From Phallusia mammillata (taxonomy: Eukaryota), in contig OZ281498.1 of the NCBI GenBank assembly GCA_965637545.1, positions 9,052,001 through 9,116,000 on the forward strand: a stretch of DNA of 64,000 nucleotides, given 5' to 3'. The notes beneath the pieces are model-generated. The model did no database searches. It had not been told where the DNA came from and worked only from the letters and a program-made list of their open reading frames with translations. The position numbers were made by a program, and so were the translations under genes. Each line of letters opens with the position of its first letter. The stretch's first letter is position 1. Below are positions 12,698-23,715 of the stretch, piece by piece.

Positions 12698-15600
12698 CTT
12701 CAAAGTTTATGATATATAGTACAACGAGGTACAAAGAGAAATGTTAGGGGCTATAGAGCATATAATCGAGAGTTTAATTTCTGTTCTAAGAATTACATTA
12801 AAATGTTAATGTAAACGATATTTTAGCAAACTAAATTTGTAGGGGGGGAATTAGATTTATATTGCTAATTTCTATTGGAATAATAGATCCCGAGAGTTGG
12901 ACTACTTCAAATATCAAAAAGGCTTGTCACTGCTGCTAGGTTTAATATTTACTTGAAACTAGATACCGAAAACAACAGCTTAGGCCTAATGACATTTGAC
13001 ACGGCTGATGAGGCCGGTTGTATTATATACTGAACCATTTATGAGTGAGGTTAACTTCCTTGGCGACGTTACACTTGTTTTGTATTTTATGTTAATCGGA
13101 TTCCCGCGTGTGTCAACGGCAACCGCATTCATACAGCGTCTGATGTTCTGAGCTACTTGATGGGAACTTTCCCACGAATGGAATCGGGTATCTTACTGGG
13201 AGATCTTCTTCCCCGCACAATAGATTAAACAACAAAGGGTGCTAATATATAAGTTGCCCTGGTTACATATCACAGTTCAAGTCAAAACCGTACAAGCCTT
13301 TCCTTGCTGGGGCAGTGATCGATGGAATGTTGATATTGCTTGTCTTTGGATTTTTTTGCCTCGTGGCTAACGAGACTTACTTAGAAACGACAGGAAAGGG
13401 TAAAAAACATACTGTGATGTTTGGCGATAAACCATTTTTATAAACGATATTGCCCAAAGTCGATTGGTTTTTGTTTCAAAGTTGCATATTTTGTGTTTCT
13501 TCGCACCCGAGGACAAAAAAGTTTATTGATTCTCCAATTGGAAATGCAGGTGTGCAAGGAAGGTGTAAATAAAACACTTTGTGATATACAACTTATGTTT
13601 CATTGAAGTTTTCAGTATTTAAGGAAGTTTTTTTGTTAATATTGAGAAGAAAATAAACGCGTTGAATATTGTAGCGTTATTAAAAGGAAAAAGACGAAAT
13701 AAACAGCACGCAAGTCCACTACCAAACCCCTGCAGGGCGGTTTAACACACAAGTTAACTTGCTTTACTCGCTGGCAAGCTGAGACACTCGCTTTTCTACG
13801 CACCAGTAAACATTAAAATAGAATACTAGATACGTCAATTGTGGCTTTAGCCTACGCGTATTGAGAGCATTATTTTATATCGAAAGACAGCTAAAAAATC
13901 TTGTAAATAGAAGTCTTATGCCCCAATAATAGCCAAATGATTAGCGCAAATGCCTTGTTTGCAACAACCTTAGGCTGTCTCGGCCTATTGTGCTTTTGGC
14001 CTATTGTCCTTAGGCTGCCTCGGCCTATCGAGCAAAAAAATAATTGAACTTTGTCATTATTTTGGGAAACATGTTTTTCTTGACACTTAGCTAAAGTATG
14101 TTTAGTGCGTTGAGTATCTTTGTCTTGCAAATCGTTGTAAACGAGAAGACACAATCGTTTGTTAGTTGGAGTTGGACAACTGTAATAACAGAGCGTTTCA
14201 CGAGTTTCCTGCAAACTTAAACTAAACTTTTTAGATGGACATTGAAAAGTTGTTCTTGCAATGTTTACGTACATTCAAAAAACACTATTGCAAAAAAGTT
14301 TGCCACTTTGTTTAAACTACCACACAGAGCGAGAACTGACTACCGCGGCTTTGCTCATCGAGATGACGTAATTGGGGGAAAAAGGCAGGCGTTGCAGATT
14401 TGCGAGGACGATAGTAAAAACGTGAACATCAATAACAAGTAACGTAACTATCCAAATCCAAATATTTGCTAATACTTCTGCACAAGCCCTAACTAGTCGT
14501 TTCGGCTTCCTTGTTTAAACAGCTCTGGGTTCATGTTTACATGGCCGTAATTTTAAAATCTGGGATGTGAAATCTCACCAAAAAAATGATTTACTCGAGT
14601 GCTTTGGTCACAAAGTTTTGTTTGCTTTGTGTTTACGATAAGGTGACAAATCTGCAACCAAACGAACAGTGCACTTCTGCTTAGGTCACCTGTCTCGCGT
14701 TAAGGGTGCCTAGAACTGAAGATCGGTGTTTATGGTTTAAAGGAAAAGTTAAATAACTTAGTTCTGTTTTGTTTTGGAATTTGTGTGATTTGTCTAATTT
14801 GTGCGTCTATGTTAAACAGTAATCCTGTTGCAGCTTTGTTGAATCTGAAATTTTTAGCAGGTATGCAACAGGGTTGCGATCCAATAACTTATTTTAACAT
14901 TTACGGGCACAAACGAACACGTGCACCTCTAGTGAAGCAAAGTATTAAGCCGAGGTACGAAAGTCGAAATAAAAGCTATCTAGGTCTATTTGAAAAAAAG
15001 TTTCGGTATGGTTTAGAATTCGATCTAAAAAACAACAACTTTACAACCACACAACCGAATATTTAAATCGGTAGCCAATTTTACTTCAAAATTTTGCGCC
15101 TATTACTATAATTAGATTACGTCTGGAAGTCGTTGAAGAGTGTAGACCGGTCGAAAAAACATGAAAACTTGTGGGTACGACTATACACTTGTACACACTA
15201 GTAACACCACATCGGGCCGAATTGCAATCTCTTTCCGAAAAAAACATCGCGTTTATCGTTCAAAAAATGTTTGCGTTTCGTGTAAAAAAAGATTTTATTT
15301 AATAATGTTTTCCTGTTTTTGCTTTTAAAGCTTTTTTTTGCTTTTTCGAGTACTCAGTTCTTTGAAGAAATTTTCTTCCTATTGTAATGAAGTTCGTAAG
15401 TGTGTTTTACCTTTAAGGTGTGCTTACTTTCGACCTAATACAGTAAGTAGTCAGTTCCCAGTTTTGAGGTGAAGTTGAGTAAAGCCTAAATTTGCAAAGC
15501 AGCACAGATTCGTTACCGAACATGAAAACCACATAAGGCGCATGTAAACATCAGGCCGCCCACAGATTAAACATCTCTGTTAAATAAAGGGAAAAAGGGA

Positions 15601-16252
15601 ATGACATCAGCTACGTTAGTTAACGCTGCAAACATATAACACTTCTGTAATTGCAAGGCCGCATGCGTTGCGTTAACTTTGCTTAGAGTCATGAGACAAA
15701 AAGGAAAAGTTAGATGGTTTTGTTTTGGGTTTTATGTGTTTTGTCTGTTTTGCGCGTCTAGGATCTTGTTGCAGCTTTATTGAATTTGGATATTTTATGC
15801 AGCAAAATGTTTTGGATATTTTATTGAATTTGGCAGTTGTGCAACAGAGTTGCGAACTAATGGCCTGTTTCAAAGTATACGAGCACAAAATAACAGTCTT
15901 TTCTGCGTGGTTTGGTGAAATACATGCAATGCATTATGCGACATGGACTCGGTTGAAATGTTCAGCCGAAAGGGTAACATCGATTTCCCGCCGACTCAGG
16001 CGACAATTTAACGGGGATCAAACATAGAACAGAGCGCTTGTTTTAGTCACAAAGTCGATATCCCACAACCGAATTGCCTGCTGAGAGAAAAGTATTCGAT
16101 CAACTTGAAATTGCTCATCAACTTTCTTGACGCTTCTCTATAATTTTTACTGCCTTTTCTGACTCCGTTTTGCAAAAAATGGCAGCAAGACGAACTATGC
16201 TAGTAATTGCGACGGAAAACAATTCAACAATGGTGATCGACTCTTACAGAAC

Positions 16253-16581
16253 CAGGGTTGTCAGTGGGGCCGGGCTTTTCGGGCCGGGTTTGGGCTTAGG
16301 TTTCTTAAAAACGGGCCTGATTCGGGCTTGACTTTACACTATGAATCAGAATTCTTTTGAATAAATTTAACTAGCTAAGTAGCCAGTTGCTGGACCAGGC
16401 CTCATTTCAACAGCCCTAAAACACCTTGTTTAAGACCAATTGTCTATTGTGTTTGTTGGTCTTTCCTGAGGCTTCAATGTATAAGCCTGTCAATCAAACT
16501 TTCGGGCCTAAACGGGCTTCTCAAAAACGATTCAGGTTCGGGCCGGGTTCGAGTTCAATTTCAGGCCCATTTACAACTTTG
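16253..16581. mobile_element. hAT MITE with CGGG-rich subterminal repeats
   Basis: Termini CAGGGTTGTCA...TTACAACTTTG; flanks TACAGAAC / TACAGAAA (7/8 TSD). Partial right-end copies of the same family at ~34190-34274 and ~55187-55308. Confidence 0.8.
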
Positions 16582-17793
16582 TACAGAAATATTACAAGAC
16601 CAGAGTCACAGTATAGCGACCGGTACATGTTTACTCAATGTACGTTGAAGTATGGATCTTTCGGTTTATTGTACGCGCTAATAAACATAAAAGTCAAACG
16701 CGTCAGAAAAGAAGAAAAAATATCGAAGTTTAAACACACGTTCGTGGTTGCTTGATGTCGGTACCATAAAGGTAAAAAAATGGCGCCTGTAGGTTTGTGG
16801 AAGTGCGTTTTTTCCTCGCGCTCGAGGCCTTTTGATGAGTTCTGCGGCATTGCACGCCCTGAACAGTGGGTAACTAGACGTCGAGTAAGTTCTGCTGGGT
16901 AAAAGGCAAGCAAGGAATACAAAAACATATTTCAACTTTTGGATTGTTTAAGGTTTATTAAGAGTAGAAAAGTTTGTCTTGGATGTTGGCAGATGTTGAA
17001 AATATAGTCCAAGCCAGTAGTTCGTAAATCAGAGGCAGGATCTGTAAATCGCCATGGTGGACCGTCCAAAGCTAGTGTGTTAGTACAATGCTAATTTACA
17101 TGATATTAACTTTGTAAGCGTAATTTATTTTGGAGTGAGGACCAGTCGCCTGTGCCAACTAATGCATCTTTTGTTCTTTGTTTTGTGTAATTGTTTCAAA
17201 CGGCTTAGTATTTTAATATTACATTCTTGGCGTTGCTTTAAACCAGGTTCGTACGTTTGATAGGTTGCTGAATACGAGTTTAAAATCTTTTGCCAACTAA
17301 TCATTCCAATTTTTAACACAGTATGAGAGGAGTGAAAACGGCTACGTGTTTTCTGTTGGCGTCGAAATAACTTGATTTAGATTCGAGAGTAATTTTTAGA
17401 CTACATAATTAAATGAAGAGCATATAATGGCATATAATGTGTACATGCATCTGCTACCATAACATTATTTGATTATTGTGTTTTTTGACATAATATTACG
17501 TAAATTCTCATGGAGATTTTGTCAGCATGCAGTAGTCTAGAAACTACGCAAGACAAAATAAAAATGCGGTTTAAATGAAGTAGTGATTATGGTTGAAAGG
17601 TTGAACACGAAGTAACTTGGTAGTTTCTAGGCTATGTTGAATATGAAGTAAGATTTTTCACTTGCCTCAACGCACCTGTGCTGTGCTGTGGTGAAGCATT
17701 GACCGCGGCGAAGAGGTTGTGTGTTTGCGCTGAATGTCTACGCAATGTGTCGAGGTGGGTAGACTTAAACGGCGATCTGTGCTCGCTTTAGGA

Positions 17794-18013
17794 AAAGGTG
17801 CTCAACCTTTTCGCTATGACGGCCGCATCGCTGATACTTATGTCGCCAACGGCCGCTTAGTGTTTGCTTGTTTTTGTTTTAATATTACTGACGACTAACT
17901 GCGCCTGAAAAGTCCAGAATAATATTACTGATATACCATCTAATTGCGCCTGAAAAGTTCAGATTAATTCTAAGTAGATGTATACATCGAGCAAAACAGG
18001 TTGTGCACCCCTG
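17794..18013. mobile_element. hAT MITE (left TIR degenerate)
   Basis: AAAGGTGCTCAACC...GGTTGTGCACCCCTG; 8-bp TSD CTTTAGGA; related left end at ~60723. Confidence 0.75.
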
Positions 18014-18045
18014 CTTTAGGACGTTGCGTTGGGGAAGTAGGAGGG

Positions 18046-18503
18046 CAGTGGTTCTTAACCTTTTTGGTGCGGTTTCCCATTAAAGTAAATCACCAAGTTC
18101 AAATTTCCCCCTCTGTTATTTTTATAATAATGTTTTGTGCCAAACATTAACAAAAAAATTATTCTTTGATCGAAATAATTTTGTGAAGCGATTTGGTCGG
18201 GACCTTAAAGGTATACTGCGATTTTATTTAGTTTGATTAGTGATTTCTTGAGAAAGTAATATCGTGTGGAATTTTGAAAAATCTCAGGTGCTTGCATTAG
18301 TCATTTATTGCATCACAATCAACAGATCAAATGCATTTTTTCGCGAACAATAATAAAGTCATTGATACTTGTATTAAATTAACTTTCAATGATTAATTTC
18401 AACCCACGGGCCCGAGTTTGTTGACTTCTGATTCACATAATTTCCCTCTAAAACCATTAAATTTCCCACTAGTGGGAAATTTCCCACCGGTTAAGAACCA
18501 CTG
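18046..18503. mobile_element. hAT MITE, 458 bp
   Basis: TIRs CAGTGGTTCTTAACC / GGTTAAGAACCACTG; perfect TSD TAGGAGGG. Confidence 0.93.
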
Positions 18504-18804
18504 TAGGAGGGGAAGGAGGTGGACTTAAACGTCGATCGGTGCTCGCTTTGCGAGTTTGTGTGTTTGAGCTGAATGTCTACGCAATGTGTCGTATATTGCA
18601 GAATCGAGGGGAAGAAGGGAGACTGGAAAGTCGATCGGTGCTCGCTTTGCGAGTTTGCGTGTTTGATACATGACCTAATTGGACGATGTAATTGTGTTGA
18701 TACATGATGTCCTAAATTAAATTGTATATTATGTGTTTTGTTGTGCAGACTGCGTTAGCAAGACAGAGTAATTTTCAAATGTTGTTTATCGTACTACAGC
18801 TAAA

Positions 18805-19011
18805 ATGAACAGGGGTAACAGTAATGACACTGTGTTGGACGAATTTTACGAATCAAATGGATTCTCCCGCACTCTTCGTGTCTGGACAGTTGTAATGGAA
18901 AACGGAAGCCTTCAACGCCGAGAAGAACTTCGCGCGTTCGTGGATCATGAGATTTGCACTTACGCTGGACAACCTCTCTGCAGTCCTACAGGAGACGAGA
19001 TTTCGGAGTAA
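18805..19011 (+). CDS. Uncharacterised 68-aa acidic microprotein, paralog 1
   Basis: MNRGNSNDTVLDEFYESNGFSRTLRVWTVVMENGSLQRREELRAFVDHEICTYAGQPLCSPTGDEISE; AAAATG start context; colinear without indels with the copies at 31531 and 42258, with many third-position changes. Confidence 0.75.
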   Translation: MNRGNSNDTVLDEFYESNGFSRTLRVWTVVMENGSLQRREELRAFVDHEICTYAGQPLCSPTGDEISE

Positions 19012-21639
19012 ATGTGAAAAAATGTGGACTTGTGGTGCTGAGAAACAATGTTATTGGGAAGATTAACTTGTATAGTCAATTAGTTTTTAGCCATTCCATT
19101 CCACAAAGTTCATATTAGAAACAATGAATGAGTTTAAAACTTTTGTTTTTAGAAGTTCAACTTTTACAATTTACTCTTTTTGACTTGTTCCAAATATGTC
19201 GGTTAGTTTAATTTCTTTACTGTACCCGTCCTTGTTATTGATCTTAAAAACACGTTTTTCCAAACCCCTTTATTCTTCATTTATTTAGTTTCTTTTGTGT
19301 ATGTCTATTGACCCCGTCCCCGCTTCATGACTATGTTGTTGTGTTACAAACAACACACGAGGCACGCGCGCACTGTGCCCATTTACACACACGCATGCAC
19401 ACTTTTTTTCATTTTTTGACTAGTATGGAGTTGCATAATGTGATACATGATAATAAAAACTACGATGTCAAGTAGGAATGGACCGAATCAGCTAAATTTG
19501 GGTTTGGCACAAACCGAATATTGGGCTCGTTTGACATAAAACATAAGTTTTTCTACCAGGTTAACATTGGTGCTACACAACATAGGATAATTGTGTTTTA
19601 TCATCTTAGCTACTTTACTTAGCTAAACTTTAACTTACAACCAGATATTAACAAACACCAGGCACAAGGGGTATTAGCTTAAACATGCTGCTTTGAATTT
19701 GAATAAATTGTGCTTTCTGGCGATTGTTCTGGCGATTGTTTTTTTTTTGTGATTTCGAGGGCAAGTTGTGCATTTAATTTACCACAGGGGTGACTGAACA
19801 AGACTATGTGGAGCGACGGACAGTACCATTCTAATACAACGGTAACAAGCTTCTATAAACTTGTTTCGCTTTCACGCCTTCTATACCAACTGCGAAGTTT
19901 TTGTAACTTTTCATTTGGTAAATCTAGTGTAACTCTGTGTAAAATGTATACACTTCCCTTCTGCCGAACCCCTTTGTTCCCAATTCGAATGACAAAAGAA
20001 GGCAGTTGTTTGCGCATAATTGTAGTATAATCTTCTCAAATTTTCCTCAGACTAACTAGATGCCTGCATTTTGCTGTAAGAATTAAATTGGGTTTTGACT
20101 GTTACCTAAAGCTTTCGTGTTGCTGACTAAATCTAACTGCCCATCTCTGCTCAAGAGGCAGGAACTTTCATACAAAAAAAATTCTCATAGAGCGAGATTT
20201 CGATCGCTTTCTTACCGAAAACAGCTGCATGTTGTAACATGCTTATTTTTCAAGCATTAGTTGTGACGTCACCATGAAAAAGTTACTGAAGTTAAAAGTG
20301 TTTTCTCGCCAAATAGTCATGATATGTATCGCTGCGTGTAGAGTTTAATTCCTGTTCACGGGAGAGCGCTTTCACAAAAACGGGCACCACCAAACAAACA
20401 CCCCGAACTGGGCGCGACCAAACAACAACCCTCGCAGGTTACTTGTCACGTGGTCCAGTTGACAGAAAAAAAGAGCGAGGCGCACCCTTGTCTCTTCTTT
20501 CTCTCTGCTCTTTTCTTTGTTAGGATCCGCCAATGATCACTTGGAGGTGATTGAAAAAAAAACGAAATTTTCTTTTTCGCAAAAGCTTCAAAGGAAATTG
20601 ATAATGGCTGTGCACAGCAGGAAATAATACATACACTACGATTCGCACGAGAAGTTATGAGTGAGTTGAAGTTATGGCTTACTTCAAATCATGTTCATCT
20701 GTTTTCTTAAAATATTTACCTTTTGTTTTTGAGAACAGTTATTTAACTTGTGCGGTGAAAATTAGCAGCTGGAAAAACATTAGCAGTTTTAGAAAAGTAA
20801 AGTTTATCTCCCATCGACATTTACGTGGGGTTAGGTTTTCGCAATGTTTGTTGAACTTTTGACGAGCCGCACTTATTTAAAAATTAGGGCAGCTGTGCGT
20901 CTCACCGTAGGTTATTGTATAAAATGGATCGCTTTTTCATCAAAAATAGTTGCGTGTTATTACATGCTTATTTTTCACGCAGTGAATTTGAGCTAAAAGA
21001 TAAAGCGATTGTGTTGAACCTGAAAGTCCCTGGTTAAACTTAAGTGGCCTTTTAATCACAGTGACAAAAATGGCAGACTTACTGGATGAAATCGTGTGTT
21101 GTATTTTTTTCCTCCAAAATTTGTTTCAGAATCGAACGGTTGTGTTGTTATCTTGAAAATTTAAGCTCCGTTTATTTATTTGTTTATTATATTGCAGAAA
21201 ATACGAAATATAAAAACATATTAGAGATGTTTAAATTGATAAGTCGGAGACGTGTTTTTGACTAAATAATCAGAGCTGAGCTTCCGTATTTCTATTTCAC
21301 CAGATCCTCAATTGTTTTATATTAATTGATTTCTTCATGTTTTGACAATATCAGGTTAGAAAAATATTCCAGAAAAAAAACTTAGACTTTTTTGTATGCT
21401 AAGGTTTTGATCGCAAATATTTCGTATCCCAAAGTGATTAGAGCTGTTTATTGGAAACGGAAAAGTAGAAGCGGTACAGGCTAGCAGCAGCAATTATGGG
21501 TTGTCATCAACCGGGGATTTCCCATTTTATGCCAAAAGAGAAAATCAGCTGATTTCCTTTTCAACGATACCCGCGCGGAAAGAAGAGATTAAGGCGACCT
21601 TCTGAGATTCAACGCATCATGTCAAGACTCAATGGTGGT

Positions 21640-23660
21640 AGTGGCTGGTGTAGACAGAGTCGTCGATCGCTGCTCGCTTTAGCGCCTGGTATGTTTGACT
21701 TCTACGCATCGTGTCGAGGCGCAATGGTCGTGGTTTGGGTAGACTGGGTCGTCGATCACTGCTCGCTTTCGAACGTCGTGTCTTTGCCTCACTTCTTCGC
21801 ACAGCGTCGGGGCGAAATAGTCGTTGTTTGGGTAGACTGGGTGGTCGATCGCTCCTCGCTTTAGCGCCTGGTCTGTTTGACTTCTACGCATCGTGTCGAG
21901 ACGCAATGGTTGTGGCTGTGGTAGACTGAGTCGACGATCTCTGCTCGCCAAAAGTCTATTGGCCCATGTTTATCGTCTTTAAAAAGTGCTGAAATTGAAC
22001 ACATTAGGGCAATTGGGGTTGTGGAAAAGGTTTGCATTTCCACGTGATAATTTACCACAAAAACATGTTTTTGAAAATGCATTGTTTCTTTTTTGGGAAA
22101 ACAACGAAACAAAACAAACGAATTTGAACATTAACACCAGGAATCGAAATAAAGAAAGATCGTAAAATCACCAGATGTAATTTAATGCAAGTTTAGAATA
22201 TTACTTCTAGTGATTGTCCTGTAACTTTGGCATCCGTTCGTACTTCGCAGCAAGTCAAGGCAAAATGCCGTGATGTCGACCGTTACTCTAAGCGTGCCAC
22301 TGTGAGACAACAAAGGAAAGAAGGCAAGGAAAAAAAGGCAAAAGATTGCAAATATAACAATACTATATGACGAGTAATGACCAAAGAGGTGCTGGGTAAA
22401 TTCGAAGAGAAAGGAATAGAAAGGAAATGAGGTTTAGCGCAGGTCGTGGTTTGGGCAGATTGGGTCTACGATCGCTGCTCGCTTTAGCGCCTGGTATGTT
22501 TGACTTCTACGCATCGTGTCGAGGCGCAATGGTCGTGGTTTGGGCAGACTGGGTCTACGATCGCTGCTCGCTTTTTAAACGTTGTGTGTTTGCTTGACTT
22601 CTACGCATCGTGTCGAGGCACAATGGTCTTGGCTGAGGTAGACTGGGCCGTCGATCGCTGCTCGCTTTAGCGCCTGGTATATTTGACTTCTACGCATCGT
22701 GTCGAGGCGCAATGGTCGTGGTTTGGGCAGACTGGGTCTACGATCGCTGCTCGCTTTTTAAACGTTGTGTGTTTGCTTGACTTCTACGCATCGTGTCGAG
22801 GCACAATGGTCTTGGCTGAGGTAGTCTGGGCCGTCGATCGCTGCTCGCTTTAGCGCCTGGTATGTTTGACTTCTACGCATCGTGTCGAGGCGCAATGGTC
22901 GTGGTTTGGGTAGACTGAGTCGTCGATCGCTGCTCGCTTTCGAACGTCGTGTCTTTGCCTGACTTCTTCGCACAGCGTCGGGGCGAAATAGTCGTGGTTT
23001 GGGTAGACTGGGTGGTCGATCGCTGCTCGCTTTAGCGCCTGGTCTGTTTGACTTCTACGCATCGTGTCGAGGCGCAATGGTTGTGGCTGTGGTAGACTGA
23101 GTCGTCGATTGCTGCTCGCCAAAAGTCTATTGGCCCATGTTTATCGTCTTTAAAAAGTGCTGAAATTGAACACAATAGGGCAATTGGGGTTGTGGAAAAG
23201 GTTTGCATTTCCACGTGATAATTTACCACAAAAACATGTTTTTTGAAACTACATGAGAAATTGCGTTGTTTCTTATTTGACAAATCAACGAGAGAAAAAA
23301 ACGAATTTGAACATTAACATCTAAGAATCGGAATAAACAAATATCGTAAATCACCAGATGTAATTCAATATAGGTTTTGAAAATTACTTCCAAGTGACTG
23401 TCCGATGACTTTGCATCCTTACGTACTTCGTAGCAAATCAAGGCAAAATGCCGTAATGTCAACCGTTACTCTAAGCGTGCCACTGTGAGACAACGAAGGA
23501 AAAAAAGCAAGGAAAAGAAAAAGGCAAAAGATTGTGAATATAACAATGCGATATGGAGAGTATTGACCAGAGAGGTGTTGGGTAAAATCGAAGAGAAAGG
23601 AAAGGAAAAGAAAAGGAAGGAAAGGAAAGGAAAGGAAAGGAGGTTTAGCGCAGGTAACGT
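21640..23660 (+). repeat. Tandem segmental duplication (period 1171 bp) of satellite monomers plus an AT-rich spacer
   Basis: 21679->22850 and 21861->23032 are both offset by 1171; spacer 21950-22440 is homologous to 23121-23650. Confidence 0.9.
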
Positions 23661-23715
23661 TCATGAACAAAGATAGTTTCGGAGGAGAATATTTGGCGGC
23701 GCGCAAGAGGAACGT

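Larger units (their letters stand above)
17700..18660 (+). repeat. Degenerate satellite-family monomers interrupted by two MITEs
   Basis: TTGTGTGTTTG..TGAATGTCTACGCAATGTGTCG..GTAGAC..CGATC.GTGCTCGCTTT matches the 93-bp monomer of the 21.6-31.2 kb array. Confidence 0.7.

Noticed and set aside
13276-13399. Possible TM-encoding exon (PFLAGAVIDGMLILLVFGFFCLVANETY)
   Set aside because: Weak splice sites and no partner exons found; hydrophobic runs are common by chance in T-rich DNA.
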